A DNA stretch of 64,000 nucleotides. Source: Marsupella aquatica (lineage: Eukaryota; Plantae; Marchantiophyta). The position numbers and the translations under genes are program-made. The stretch lies in contig OZ316891.1 of the NCBI GenBank assembly GCA_973895155.1, positions 31,131,112-31,195,111 on the forward strand, in the 5' to 3' direction. Positions 32,860-48,642 of this stretch are shown here, one piece after another. How positions within the stretch are numbered: the first letter of the stretch is position 1; every line of letters begins with the position of its first letter. The notes beneath the pieces were generated by a model that saw only the letters and a program-made list of their open reading frames with translations, was not told the origin of the DNA and ran no database searches.

Positions 32860-35800
32860 GTGAATGCAGCCTGTGAAAGGAAGATTGCAGGGGTTGTCAC
32901 ATTCTGTGAATCCTTATGAGGAGGCCCGAAATCGGAACATAGAGCATAATGTCAGAATTATGCATGATCTAGGACTGGGGCCAGACTGCAAGCTGATGTG
33001 TGTGTTAATATGTCTGTTGCAAATTTGATTCAGTAGATGGAGTTGTCAGGTTCCTTTTCTGTTTTCATATTCTAGATTGGTCTCATACTAGTATGGATCC
33101 TGTACATAAGTACTAGTGTTACGGTGTTGTAGATTCATTTTGCATGTATGTTTGATCTGCATTGGTGTATGTTGATGATTGCTTTAATTGTTCCTTAGAG
33201 GCCCAACCACACATGTACAACGAGAGAGAGGAAAGCCTGCTTTGGTGAAAGGTACTTCAACTAAAACATTGCCAAAGAGGAGGAGCTCTAGACTATCAGA
33301 AGTTACCAAGGTGAACATGGCAGAGTCTGGTGATGATGGCTATGGTTCTCCTTCTGGGTATGACACTGAGGATTGTGACATTGGAGGGTCAGAACCAGAG
33401 AGTGAACAACATGTAATGCTTGAACTTCATCATCCTAATAGGAAGGGATCCTTGTCCCTTTTTCAAATTATATGTTGATATGCTTACATTGTCCATGATG
33501 TAGGTACAGAAACAAAATCGTGGTCCTAAGAAGACTGGGCCTGGTGGAGGTGGGCTGGTGAGATGTTGGAAAGACCCAGACACTGGACTCTTATATGAAA
33601 GTGAGTGGATTGTACTGTTCTACTTTTCAGGTGTGTTTGGAAGTTGATATTCTACTTGGAAATGAAATTAATTGAAGTGCTTTGGTGTTGTGTGTTTGTT
33701 TAGTGGTTCCATCAGCATCTGAAGGCAGATCAGGTCAATCTGATGTACTACATTCTAGAGGATCTTCAGGTAATACACAATCTGCTCGTCATGCATATGC
33801 AAGTGCATTTGCTGTACTTTTCAATCATGTACATATTTTTTGATTGAATGCATGTGTGTGCATTGCAGGCGGGGCCTCTGAGATGCGCAGGGAACGAAGG
33901 CATGCTAAGAAGCAGTTTGATAATATTGCCAAACAACGAAGGGATTGCGGAGAGGTGCCCAAACACATAAAAATGAGTATTGTACTTTTTTTGAATGTAG
34001 ATTTAGACAAATCTGATCCTCTCTGTTGTTGTGTGTATAAAACCTGGACTCTGCATAAATTCCAGAGTTATGATCTGACATTGTCTGTGAAATGCAGATT
34101 TATGACAATGATATTGATGATTCTGATGGCAACAAACAATACTGGCTAGAGGAACTTTGTGGCAACGTACTCAGAGTCTTTGATGTATCAAAGCCAAAAT
34201 GGACTGATCATCCACAAGTTCATACAACCACAGTGTGGAATAACATGGCAGCTGAGTGGGAGTATGTGGGTGGGGAATTTATTAACACCAAATTCTAGAG
34301 TCATTGTCGTGGCATATTGAAGAGAGAGCGCCATAAAATGCATGTTTACTGGAAGAAAGTTTGCAATGAGGATCCAACCAAACCTAGGCCATCTGGTGTT
34401 GATCCAAAGAAATGGGCAACTTTGGTATCTCATTTTACCAGTCCAGCATTGATATCTTTGAGTAAACAGATGACTGATAAAAGAGCACGAGTGCAAGATA
34501 CCTCTCACTTTGGAAGGGGAGGGCATGCTGCAGCAGCAAAGAGAATGGTAAATTGTCTATCATTTTCACTATCAATTCTGTCTTGTTTGTGAATCTTGAT
34601 GAAAATAGACTCTGTGATTTCTCATTCATTGTGTGTTTGAACAGAAGCAGAAGAGAGGATCAAGCCCAGGTATATCTGACCTGAAAGAAAACCATGGTAG
34701 TCAGGGTTCATTGCCAAAGGTGACAATGAGCCCATCATTGGCAAGTGCAGAAGGTCAGACTGGTAGTTTTGTGGGAGCAAAGGTGAGCCCATCATTGGCA
34801 AGTGGAGAGGGTAAAAGTGCTAGCTTACTGGGGCAAGGATACAGACATGGATCAGCTGTGAGTATTGTCATACCAATTTGATTTGTACATCATTCTCCAT
34901 TTGACAGAGTGTTGTGTCATTTGTAAGTTTGACAGTGAGAATGTTGTGTTGGTTTGTGGTTCATTTATAGACCCCACATTCAAAACAAGAGATCACTGCC
35001 ATTGGGGTTGTGAAATTGGATGTCGCTGAGTTGAAAGGCACTGTGAGGGAGTTGACAAACATGATGACTACGTGGATGGCACATCACACTAGTAATGTAC
35101 AAGTTCCAACAGTTGTGCCTAGTCACAGTAAGTTGACTACAACTACCAAACAAGGTAGTAGAAAGCGATCTCTTACTTTTTCAGGCGATAATGAAGGTAA
35201 AATTCTCTATCATGTATACACTGTCCATTCAATGTAATTATTGTGATGTGTATATGTCATTGCATGTTTATATTGTTCTTGCATGTTTTTAGTGTGATTA
35301 TATGTTGCTGGTGTATACATGTTTGTTTATGCATTTCTTTTGTGTGTGTTTTATGACAGCATCTTTAGGGGAGCCTCCTGTGTCGCAGGGAAGACCAACT
35401 GACACAGCTAACAGTACTCTAAAGCAAACTGAATTGGAAGTGAACCTTTTGCCATCTAAGTTGCCCAAAGAAGCCATTTCAGATGCCTTTCAGTTGCCAG
35501 AGGATAAGTCAACTCAGTTGACACCAAATGTAACCCCAGAATCATCTGAGTTGCCAAAAGAAACTCCCATTCCAAGTGAGCAGGATGACACTCCATCAAC
35601 TAGAAAGGGAAAGAAGAAAAGGAAGAAAGGATCCTCAGCAAATGCATCACCTGCACAGAAGAAACCAATGCAGTCTCCTAACCCCGTTGCAAAGGTAAAT
35701 GTGTGTTTGATTTGAGTGTTCTTCTATCTTTCAATTTCTGTTTATTGCATTTTTAACAAAATGTGTTGTTCACAGTTTGCAAGAGGAGATTTGGTGAAGA

Positions 35801-36036
35801 TGAAGAGCGTTGTGGACAATTCCATGATAGTGGCAGAAGGTGAGGTGACAGGGCTGCCAGGAGAAGATAAGTTTCATTGTGCAGATTTTGAAAGCCCTTT
35901 CTTGCGAGTGAGTGTGATTGAAGTGTTTGTAGATGTGGCATTGCCATTTGCCAATTCAGGGGAGAACCAGTCTAAATTATCTGATGTGAAAGGGATGAAT
36001 GCCCTATGGAACTCTAGATTGCTTAAGAAGCAATAG
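32860..36036 (+). pseudogene. CACTA2 TnpA/Tnp1-like multi-exon gene
   Basis: NPYEEARNRNIEHN..DLGL near 32910, PRPSGVDPKKWATLVSHF..MTDKR..HFGRGG (34317-34592), C-terminal VAEGEV..FH..RVSV..LPF..LW domain. No 3' TIR was found. Confidence 0.7.
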
Positions 36037-36047
36037 AAATAGCACTC

Positions 36048-38046
36048 TGTCAAGAAACAATAGACATGATAGAATGACAAATACGGATACAGATACGCAT
36101 ACGGATAGAGGTTAGCAAACACGGATAGCAGACACGGACAACGGACAGTCACGGATAGCAAACACGGACAACAAACATGGACAATGGACACGGACAATGG
36201 ACAACGGACACGGACACGGACAACGGACACAAATAGCGGACGCGGACAATGGACACGGATAGCGGCTTAGCCCGAGGCCACGGGTTAGCTCTACTCGGGT
36301 TAGATAGGATAGTCAAACTTGGGTTAGCTATGTAATTTGGGTTAACACAACAATGTATACCCCCTCTCAATTGCGGGGGCATAACTTTCTCTATATTTGC
36401 CCAAATTGGCTAAATTGACCTCGTTGGAAAGAGGAGCTTAAGTTGCTTCCAATGCTGCTATCCACGCAGCAGATGGTTGAATAGAGAAATTGTGAGAGGA
36501 GGCGCAAGCTCGCAATAACTATGGAGGTGGGCCAAATCCAAAGTACATATATAGCCAATTCGAGATAGAAATGAAGGTGCGAGTTAGGGTTCAGTAGTTA
36601 GAAATAGTGGTGGCTCTATTAGGGCAGGGATGGGGCTCTAGCAGCTTAGTATTCACCCATTTGGGCTTAGTGTGAGAGTATATAGAGCAGCCCCCCGATA
36701 GAGGCAGGGGAAATTAGTTGTGTGATCTCACGTAGACTGAGCAACACGGAGGAGCTTTGTGCAAGGAAGGTTGGGCTTGGAAGCTGTGTGCTTGGGAGAG
36801 CTTGGTTGTGCTATGACTCAGGGAGTAATCAACCACGCTTCACAGCAACAGTTGGCCAAGTTTGCAAGCTAGATTGTGGCTCTTTCTAGTAGGCAGCACA
36901 ACTAGGTTCTTTTCCCCTGATACAGAGCCTTGGTGATAGGTGATGTATTGGTGATTGTAAACTGTGGGGATGATTTCAATTTGATTTGCGGTGAGCACAT
37001 TAGGGAGGCTGAGATATTGATTGAGGGGTAGCAAGAGGAGCATTTACAATTTTGTCTGGCAAGGCTACGTGATCTATGGGGAGTCTCGGCCTTTGTCTGG
37101 TAGAGAGCACTAAGGGATTTATGGCCAGAGTTGAGCTTGCAGGGCAAGCATGAGGCCGGGCCTCATTGCAGTCTGGGGTAGATTGCCGTTAGGCCTGGTA
37201 CCAGCTTTGAAGTTGAGTCAACTGTGAATGCGTAACTTGATATTTTGAAATGGAGGTGTGAGATCTGTATGTGTCCCCAAGAATGAAGTGCAGTGAAGGA
37301 GGTTGAGTTCAGGATTGAGTTTGCAATGCAAGTACGAGATTGGTTTGAGTCCAATCTGTCATCACAATCTGGAGTGAGTCGGGCTCAGGTTCAGGATTGA
37401 GCTTGCAGGGCAAGCACGTTGCAATTTGGAGTATACATCCTTTGGGCCTATTGTTCGGATCAAGTGTTCTTAGTGAATTATTGTGCACATCTTTGAATCT
37501 AATTGAGTTTTCCTCTCAAGCCTCATTTCTCTCATGGATGTGTGTGTGTGTGTGTGGGGGGGGGCAATCTGAGTGTATGATGGGACTAGCAGCGCCACTA
37601 AGAGGTGTACTGGGTACATTGAAGTGGGTTGGGTGAGGGCTATCATAACTCTGATTGCAGAGAATGGAATGATAGAGTAGTGGAGCAATGGCTTAGAAGT
37701 CCCTAAGTCGGGAATCAGTCAAGAGTCACTGGTTTATGGGTACATTCCGGCGATGAAATAGAAATATACCTATGGCAGTAAGCATACATATCTAGACATA
37801 TGCGCACCGTAGCGCTAGGCCCTGTGTGTACGGGCCGGATATGAAGACCCCTTCTCATCAGATTTATCATGAGCGAAGGATCTGCTCCCCAACCTTGGTT
37901 CCTTGGAATTGAGCTTGGGTGATGTGTGATAGAATCTTGCTATGATAGTCTAGTGTTAAGGGCATAAACTGGTGTTTACCAGCCTTCACGGCATCCCTTC
38001 GTGATCCTCAAGTACAAGGAAATGGTTTTGGCACCCAATAGTGACA
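36048..38046 (-). mobile_element. Putative solo or truncated LTR of a different retroelement
   Basis: TGTCA...TGACA inverted ends, abrupt start 12 nt after the tnpA stop, TATA-like ctctatatactctc on the minus strand. Flanks CACTC and TTTTC do not form a TSD. Confidence 0.4.
36083..36262. repeat. Degenerate ACGGAC/ACGGAT simple repeat
   Basis: acggatac..acggacaacggac..acggacacggacacggac. Confidence 0.85.
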
Positions 38047-40174
38047 TTTTCAGTGTTAAGACTCAGGTCAATCGCGTGACAAAAGTAGTCAACGAAGTTC
38101 ACAGACAAAAGTCAAAATTTTGTAGCATCAACTCAAGAGTAAAGAGTAGGTAGGACATAGTAGTTCATATTACGGATAGAATTTAGTGAATATGTTTCAT
38201 GAATATAGATTAGAATTAGCCCCATTGGGAGGGAGGGGTAAAGGGCAATGCACAACCCTGGAATCATTCCTTTTGGTTTGGCCCAATAACAGAGGAGAGG
38301 AGAAGAGAAGTCATTTCGGCTAAGGCAGACACAATTGGACTATGGCAGAACGCGGAGGGGAGAGGGGAGGCTTTGGTAGGGGTTTTGGAAGATGGACAGA
38401 GTTTAGGAAGGAGGAGAAATGGGTGTATGTGACAAAGCTGTCCTTCATTTGTTAGTTCACAAATATTCTTGATATGATTAGTGTAGCTTGTCTAGTCAAA
38501 TATGTGTTGGCCAAGGTTGAGATTCAACTTTGTAGTCACTTTAGCAGAAGACAATGTTGTAGTTAGCAAAAAACCCAACAATGAAGTCCCATGAAGGGAT
38601 ATCAAATTATATGTACGGCACCACCGTTAGTGTCCCATTTATTATAAAGATGTAATTTCAGTCATTCATTTGAAGGAGTCCTTTTTTCATTGCCTTTCAT
38701 AATTCATCCAATGGACTATGTTTTGGAAATTTAAAAGTATGCTTTTGGAAATTTCAGATCACCTTTTTGGATTTTGAAATGAATGTTTTGGAAATTTCAT
38801 CCTTCAACTTTGGACAAAAGAATCTCCAAAGTTAGTGAAATGTTAGATTTATTTGCAAACATTGGTTTTAGGTGGTATGTAGTGCAACTTGCTAGAATGA
38901 CAACTAGGATAAGTGTGGAGTTTAAGAAAAGATTCACGAAGTGGACTGGCCGTAATGATTGAGTAGATGGCCTTATGGATATCATTCTTTGATAAAGTGT
39001 ATAAGCCATAACAATTTAATGGATGTACATGCGGATGGTCATTAGGGAGAAGTGAAGCAGGCAAAGGAATCTCCTTTTGTCCATACTGTATTTCACCTCT
39101 CTTCAGTGTACTACTCTCCATCACTAACACCCTTACTCAGGGCCTCAACATTGGAAGCATGCTACTTTTTGGATGGGCATTGACTGTATTTTTTGGATAA
39201 TGACAATCTTTCCATCACAATCATCAATCAAAATCAAAGTCCTAGAGTGCTGGTACTTGACTCATGCTCAAAGATAAATATAGGCACAAGCCACTTGCAA
39301 AAATCATAGATTTGGCAGCAACTCGATTCAACACCTTTGACCCTCGTTTCTTTCACAGAAATGACAATACCACCGCACGCAGCATCGACAGATCCATTTC
39401 CTTCAAGAAAAGAGCCGTTGCTTCACCTGCGTCTACTCAACGATCTACAAACATTTGCGAAGTGCTTTCCTTCACAAAAAACAACATTCAAAGTTGGCTA
39501 CCCTTTCTAAAACAACATCATGTGCCCAGATCGACACAGTCTCCTTACAAATCCGGCAAAACAATGAGCGATCTACGATCTCTCTTCTCAAAACAGCCTG
39601 GCAACGAGACACGAACTACAACAGATCAAAATACTAATGATCTATTCAATACAATCCGAGCTACCACGGATCCACGCAACAGCTTCAATACGATCCGAGC
39701 TACCACGGATGCACGCAACAGCTTCAAACAATTTCCATGCATGAGCCACGGGATGAGCCGTTGCCAACTCAATCAACACAAAACAAACTTTTATTTGCAC
39801 AGTCCGCACAGCAGAGTTTGCATCTGATCTTTCGATGTAATCTTCCACAAAACAATCGGCATGACGATCCCGGTCAAGAATACCCCATCAATCCTGCATC
39901 GATCCAATCACACACATATGTCAAGCCAACGCACCTTGCACTACTCAAGGAATCCACATTACACAAGCAGAGCTCATAGTCACCATAGCCACACTCGAGC
40001 TCCTCTCTCTCCAAGGCTCAACGTCAAAAGATGACCTTTTGATGTCTCACAAGGGAGAGCTACTCTCCCACACAAACCTAATGGAACCCTATCGGTTCCA
40101 ATAGCACACATACAAAATGTACGTACTCAACTAGCACGATATACTACAACAACATCTAGGATGGTGTGACAAAT

Positions 40175-40445
40175 TTTTCTAGCTTTCTAATGTGTAACAT
40201 TGGGAGTATTCATCAAGAATTAGAGAGATCATGAGTATCCAAATTTCTCTAACTTTCCAATGAACCGAACATTGATAGATTTTGTCAAATAGTAAGGAGA
40301 TGATGAATTTCTAATTTTACTCTAGCTTTCCAATGAGTGTGACATTGAAGAGATTTTGTCAAGACATAACTAAAGAGGTTATAAGTTTCTAAATCTTGAT
40401 CTTGAGCTTTCCAATGAATCAAACATTGACAGATTTCATCAAGTA
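40175..40445. repeat. Degenerate ~65-80-bp tandem repeat (4 copies)
   Basis: Recurring tctagctttc(c/t)aatg....acattga.agattt..tcaa. Confidence 0.65.
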
Positions 40446-41413
40446 CTAAGGAGATTGATTATTTAGTTATTTTTACAATGTGGAGCCAAAGGGGTTCTAA
40501 CTATGTACATGTTTGTCGATTAAATTAAACAATTAAACAATACAAGCATTTTGATATAAAACACTGATATATCATTGACAAACATCAGGAAGGTAACTTT
40601 ATTTTAGTAAATGACATCTCTTCCTTTGTATTATGATTTTTTTACGCTCAATACTTATGGCATGGCGCCCCAAAAATGACGTTGCTTTTGTCACAAACAT
40701 AAATGAACGCTTTTGTTACTGTCAAAAATAGAATCGTTCTTGTTTGTGGCTGATTGTGATGATGTGGTGCAACCTTGTGGCAGAGAATTTGCAAGGGACC
40801 TCTCAATCATGGGGATCCAAAAATAAACATCACAATATGGAAACAGTTTAAAATTATGAGAACTTCATAATGAGAGATAATCTGGCCAAAATGGCCTTTT
40901 GTGGCAAAAAGATGAAAGGGAGAAGAGCCTTTGATTCACAGGGATGGTAGGGACAAGGCCCAAGGGGCTTTGTCTCATTACGGGCCGTCTTGCATGTGCC
41001 ATCATCTTAGAAATGAGGCCCTTACGACTCCTGAACTGTCGGCAAAAATTGACATACAAAATCTGCACACAATCGGCCAAGGCAAGTATTTCATTTTAAT
41101 TCATTTGTTTTATATGAAATTGCAACGTTGGGACGGTAAGGGTCGCAAACGTTGCGGCCCTTGTCCTTGAAAGTTAGTGCACTTGTTTAGCCATAAGGAC
41201 TGGCTCAAGAGGGGATCAACACACGAACGTCTTGGCCAGTCCCATGGTTCCACCTCATCACACGTAGGGCCAATTAATACCAGGACCCTCACATGCAAGA
41301 CAGCCCTAAGGGTGGCAAGGACAAGGTCCCAAGGGGTTAACTTGTTTTATTAATTAAGGGTGGCAGGGACAAGGTCCCAATAATTGGCAGCAGGTCATGA
41401 CAGGAAGGAGTAA

Positions 41414-41648
41414 GAGAGACCCTCCACAATGTCGCCCTTCCAAATGCCCTGGCGATAACCACACATAAAAATGTGGTAATATAGGGTGTGCACTCATTGA
41501 TCTAAAGAATGTAACTAACAAGATTTATCATGGGAGAGACCCTCCACAATGTCGCCCTTCCAAATGCCATGCCGGTATCACACATCAAAATGTGGTAATA
41601 TAGGGTGTGCACTCATTGATCTAAAGAATGTAACAAGATTTATCATGG
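41414..41648. repeat. ~120-bp tandem duplication upstream of RPS14
   Basis: gagagaccctccacaatgtcgccc...aacaagatttatcatgg at 41414 and 41534. Confidence 0.9.
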
Positions 41649-42491
41649 TATAGAGGGATGTTGGTATATGTCATATTTTGATGTGCAGTTACCAGGACCC
41701 TTCCAAATGCTTGTGGCATCGCTCATAAGTTGGGGCACCCTTCCGGCTACTTGGGGCGTGAGGGAGTCGGTGGAATGGAATGTTTCATCTGGAGCACCAT
41801 GACCGTGCTGCAGTCGGGGAGATGCGACAAGATGAAGGAAGCCGTTGATTTACATGGGTGGTGGTGACAAGGCCCCACCTGGGAGAGGGTGTGGGTTGTC
41901 TCATCAAGGGGTGGGAGGGACAAGGTTCCAAGGGGCCAATCAAGCCTTTGCTTGGTTAGAGTTGATGGTTAAAGGAAGGGTTGACGAAGCCCTAATTGTT
42001 GCTGGGCGAAGAGACACAACATCGAAACTTTTTCGCGTGGAAGCCTTTTCTCTTCCCAACACTTCGCTCGCAGCTACACTCGTCGTAAAACCCTCGTCTC
42101 GCTCTGCTTCGAATCGCTGCGGCACCGGTGATTGCTTGTGAGTGAGGCGTTTGAGGCACCGTCCTCGCAACCATGGTACGATTCCTCTTCGCGCAGCGAT
42201 TCTATTTCTCGAGATTCGCTCATTGTTGTGACTTTTTCTGTTAAAACTGTGAAGGGTGGAAACTTGAATGAATCGAACCCCACCGCGGTGTGATGTTTGT
42301 GAGCCTGGTGGGGTACTGGTGTTTCAGACCTAAAGTCTGGCCAGGTCAGCTGGCCGAATGCGCTTATTGTTAAAACTATAATGGTTTTTCAAGATCCTAC
42401 ACTGGAGGCAGGATGTACTTGACAGTGAGAATGCATAGAAAGGGACAACTGCTTCTAGGGTTCAGACGATCTGTCATGAAGATATACGTAC

Positions 42492-43852
<1,361 letters not shown>

Positions 43853-44781
43853 ACTGCTACTTTGGAGTGGGGGATTGGTTGCCACCATACAGATGACCTG
43901 TCATTTGAGCCTTCTTGGGTCCTCTTGACAGGATTTTGTAGAGAAGGTTTCGTAACGGGTATTAGGATATATGCTGCTCCACTGTCTTGGTCGGATGAGC
44001 AGATTGTCGGGAGAAAGGTGTGAGTTGAACCATTCAGATGGAGGTACTGAAGTGTTTACTTGGAGTCTTGCTCGAGCATTTTTCCATTCAAGCAGTGCTT
44101 TTGCTTTCAAGCAGTATGTCGCGTGTCGGCGAGCACTTATTGTAGCGAGCTCTTTGCAATTCACCACGTTGGCCCAGAACTGGAGATTGTAATCTTCGGA
44201 ATCGGTTTTCATTCCAGGATGTGATAAATGGAAAAATACTTGTCTTTGGGATGGTTTCCAGCAGCAATACCTCCGATTCGAGAATGGTCTGACAAAAAAC
44301 CATTTGTACTCGAGATAAATCAAGCTATTCACATTGATTTCAAACTACCAATTGAAGACATTGGAAAGTTTCACCTGGTTCGGGATCTCTCGAGAAGTGT
44401 GGAAAAATAAATTTATGCACTCAGTTGCAGTGAGGAAAACTTTAATATGCATTCCCCACAGCCGGCGAATGGGAAGGACTGCCTTGGACTAACGTGTACA
44501 GCTAATGTGGGATTGTCGTGAAGTTAGAATTTTCGACTGGGATCTATTCGAGGCCTTTAGTCCATGAATATGCCCTAAACCCTGGTTGACGTTCAAGCCA
44601 TTATTGATTGTGTGTATATACGCTTCTACCTCAGGTGATTTTGCTGTTACCGGGAGTGGTAGACTGTTAGTGGTGTATGGATGATTCTGGAGTATCTTGT
44701 TTTCCTCCATTACCGGTAATTGAAGGATAGGGGATCTAGAACCCTGGTGAAGGCAAGTTTTCATGTTATGTCAAGTTTTCA

Positions 44782-45920
44782 TCTACAACTATAATACTGC
44801 ATCCTGCCTCTTTTCGTCCTTCGTCCCTTTATGAAAATCAGAAATGGCGGGAAACAATCATGACCATCCATTGAATTGATTATTTATTTCTCACCATCAG
44901 ATGCACACAAACCCATATCATCATCTCTTTTGTTTCACAACAATAGGTATAAGAACACTAATAGGCGTAGGAGTATGTTTAAGGTACACCTGCCAAAAGT
45001 ACATGCACATAGGGCAAAAGACACCTTACACATGCCCACAGTACATGCACATGAGACTATTGTACTTGAAAATACCATGAATGTGTGTTGTACTAAAATG
45101 TACAACCAATTATTATGCTCCCATAAAAATATAATGTTATACAATTGATGGGGAGAGTAGAGAGAAACTGCTCGGGAGCAAGAAAAAGAGAGGAGGGGAA
45201 ATAAAAAAAAAAACAAAAGAAATTAAAGATAAAAGTTAGGATAGGAACAAATATTAGAATGTGGGAAAAGATGATAAAGGGAGAAAAAAATTAATTTCGT
45301 GTTTTTAAATTTCCCAAACATTTAAAAAATATACCTAAATATTTATAAATATATTGTGTCAAAATGATGAGATTTTCACACCCAATGTCACAAAATTCTC
45401 TATAGTTTTTAATCATGAATGTCTTACAAAATTTTCCATATATAGTCTTAAGGTCTTACTTGGAAGCAAATCTCTTTCTCACATTGCCATCTTTATCTCA
45501 CCTGAGCATCTTTTATCTACTCAACATCTTTTTCTTTACTCAAGGTCTTTTCTCGCCTTGACATCTTTATCATATCACACCATCTTTTTCTCAGTGTCGA
45601 AATCTTTTCTCATCTCGCCATCTTTTTCTCACCTTGATATCTTCATCATATCTCAACATTTTTCCTTCGCCCTTGCCATTTTTCTCTCTCCTTGACATCT
45701 TTTTTCAACTCAACGTCTTTAATTTCCTCATCTCGACATTTTTTCTCATATCAACATCTTTTGTGTAACGCATAGACTCTTTTCTCTCCTTGATATCTTT
45801 TTCGCACCTTGATTTCTTTCCTTCACCTTGACATCTTTTGCTCTTATTAACATATTTTTTCACCTCGACATCCTTTCCTCACCTCAATATCTTTTGTGCA
45901 ACGCACAGGCATGGGGCTAG
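44782..45920 (+). mobile_element. Non-autonomous Helitron
   Basis: 5' A|TCTACAACTATAATA; 3' hairpin TGTGCAACGCACA followed by GGCATGGGG and CTAG|T; pyrimidine-rich tcaccttgacatctttt repeats inside. Confidence 0.75.
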
Positions 45921-46057
45921 TGTTTTCATGTTATGTCATTCAGCCAGGGATGAGCATCTACTTCCCAAAAAACTCTTTCGTCTGCTTACAAATTCAGAAA
46001 TGGAGTGAATAAACCTGAGCCATCAGATTATTTAAAAGATTTTTTTGTACCCTTGAA

Positions 46058-46195
46058 TTGATTGACCAGGTATGTCAAATGAAATGCTCATTTTCATAGT
46101 AAAATACAAAGTATAGGAGAGTATAGTTGATTGACCAGGTATGTCAAAGGAAATGCTCATTTTCATAGTAAAATACAAAGTATAGGAGAGTATAG
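46058..46195. repeat. 69-bp tandem duplication
   Basis: ttgattgaccaggtatgtcaaa...ggagagtatag twice, with one mismatch. Confidence 0.9.
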
Positions 46196-47699
46196 GAGAT
46201 GATACTGATCTCACATCGTATATGAGAAGATATTTATGTGACATCATCTTAATTAAATGTGTTTTTTTTTCAGATATGAAATTACATACGAATGGAAGGA
46301 GAATCTTTTGGGGCATGAGAAACTTTGGGATTTTTGCAGAGCCTATGAGACTCTAGAATGAAACAAAATGTGTTAATTTTCTCCTTCTTTTTCTTCTTTG
46401 TATTTAGTTGTACATTTTTTCTGCTTATTTAATGGTGCCCATGTAAGAAGGGAGTAATGATGTTGCATAGGAGTGTAAAATTAGGAAAAACAGGGAGAGA
46501 AAAAATTAAAATATTCCCCTCCCAATAGTATCAAAGCACCCAGGGCTATCATTTCTCTTGCACTCGCTCTCACCCTCCCACATCCTTGCTCTCCCCAACA
46601 ATATAGTTTTCACAACAAATCAATGTTTTCTTCCAAAAAAATAAATAAATGTACCTGTTTTTACATGTTTTGATTATCTTTTTTGTTTTTTGTTCTATGT
46701 TTTATAGAAAATCAGTCCCAAATTTGTTATTCCATCTATACCTCCAACATTCTCTTTCAAAAAATGCATCTTTAATGAAGACCAAGAAGATCAAGCTCCC
46801 AACATCTTTTCTCCACAAGACATGTATTGCTTGACATGCCCCCTCACCTCTATTAGTCTCGCTTTTGCCCTAATTTTTTCCCAAGTTGGGCGCCCAGCTC
46901 TTTGCCCCCATTTGTATCTTTTGTCCAGTCCTTTGTTCCATCTTTTGTATCATTAACAATAAGGATTTCTTGCCCAACTCTTGCCCATGTACTCTCATTA
47001 CCCATTTGCGTTTTATCCCATATTTTTGTGTTGATTTGAATTACATTACTTGATTACATAATTTCATGTGCTATTTTGAACAAGATCTCCGCATTGACAA
47101 CACTTTTCACATGAAATGGGCAAGAAAGAATTATGGAAAATTCAATATTTTAGTTTGATCCACCTAAAAACCCCAGCTTTTAATCAACAATTCTTTACCT
47201 TACCTCAATGTATCTATGCAATGCGTTGTCATCGGGCTTGGCAACAACATGGCCGCAAGACCAGCATAGCCACGACACCCTCATGGCCAGAGTGACTTCA
47301 TCATCATAATGACGAGATGTTCGCAACAACATATGAGATGAATAAACAACTTTCTTGCCTCTCTTACATTAATTTGCATTATCTACAATTCTTTGGCTCA
47401 CTTGCATCTTTGCCTTGCCTAAACATTTTTTGCTTATCTCAAAATGTTTTTATCTCTTTCACTCACGTCGACATCTTTTCTCTCCTCAATTTTTTTTTCT
47501 TCTCAAAATCTTTTTCTCTCTTTGACATATTTTCTCACCTCAACATTTTTTGTTCACCTTGGCATCTTTTGTTCACCTTGGCATAATTTTCTCTCCTTGA
47601 AATCTTTTTCCCATCTCAACATCGATCTATTTCTCTCCTCACCTGGACATCTTTTCTCTCCTTTACATGTTTTATCACCTTGAATCTTTTATCATCTTG

Positions 47700-48042
47700 C
47701 TCGGGGGGGGGGGGTTCACTTCCACAGAAGTGGCACATCACATGCGACGAAGTATAGGCGCATTTAAACAGGTGTGGTGGAAGACTTCCAAAGTTTGGTG
47801 GAAGAACACATAGGGCATGTTTTATTGACTAATCAACTTTAAAAAACACATAGGCCTATTTAATTGTAAAAAATATATTCTTTAAAGTTTTTAGGGGTTT
47901 TTTTAGTAAAAAATGACAAAATTTAAATAAAGAATTGGTTTCGCAAAAAAATATTTTTCACTTATAAGTCAGGGGGGTCAAACCCTAAAATGTCGCACAC
48001 GATGTATGGCTCTCCATGTAGTGACCCCCCCCCCCCCCCGAG
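47700..48042. mobile_element. 343-bp MITE-like insertion with CTC-poly(G) / poly(C)-GAG ends
   Basis: CTCG12TTCACT..ACATC..TGCGAC is mirrored by GTCGCA..GATGT..AGTGAC15GAG. Flanks tcatcttg and tcaccttg are a possible 8-bp TSD. Confidence 0.7.
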
Positions 48043-48642
48043 TCACCTTGACATATTTTTTCTCTCTTTGACATCTTTTGTCACCTCGACATCTTTCGTG
48101 CAACGCACAGGCATTGGGTTCTTGCAGGAAAACATGTAGGACTCCCGTAGGACTCTTACATTTATCACCTTGACATCTTTTGCTCGCCTTGAATCTTTGC
48201 TCACGTTGACATCTTTTTCTCTCTTGACATCTTTTATCACTTGCCGGACATCTTTTGCTTACCGTGATAGTTTTTCTCTCCTTGACATCTTTTGTTCACT
48301 TTGACATCTTTTATCTCCTCGACATCTTTTGTCACCTCGACATCTTTCATGCAATGCATGGACATTGAGTTCTTGCAGGAAAATATGCAGGGACCCTTAC
48401 ATTTATCCCAGGATTCCATTGAACCCCAATTTAAGGAATACTGAAGTATTAGATTAATTCCAATTTTATCTAAATATTATTAGTTAATGAATGATCAACC
48501 TCTTTAACATTTGGTGGGATAGTCAAAAACTTCAAATGTTTTGTTGCAAGATCTTTATAACAATGCATCACTAAATGACATCAAGTACCTCTTGATCCAT
48601 GCACAAATCCTTAATTAAACTGTCATTCATTATTTGTTTTAA

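Larger units (their letters stand above)
45957..48407 (+). mobile_element. Second related Helitron-like element, interrupted or truncated
   Basis: 5' A|TCTACTTCCC with a head similar to the first element (ttcgtc..tcagaaatgg), the same internal repeats, and hairpin remnants gtgcaacgcacaggcat near 48099 and 48349 without CTAG. Confidence 0.5.

Noticed and set aside
38037-38043. TAGTG as the 3' end of CACTA2
   Set aside because: No CACTA-type TIR continuation or subterminal repeats; it fits better within the TGACA end of the LTR-like segment.
39264-39979. 187-aa and 80-aa ORFs
   Set aside because: Low-complexity with an internal 39-bp duplication; likely LTR or TE debris without recognisable domains.
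43901-44410. ORFs downstream of RPS14
   Set aside because: They overlap the probable 3' UTR on both strands and carry no motifs.
45354-48419. Hydrophobic or charged ORFs in the Helitron-like region
   Set aside because: Artefacts of the pyrimidine-rich ~19-bp degenerate repeat; no Rep or helicase motifs.
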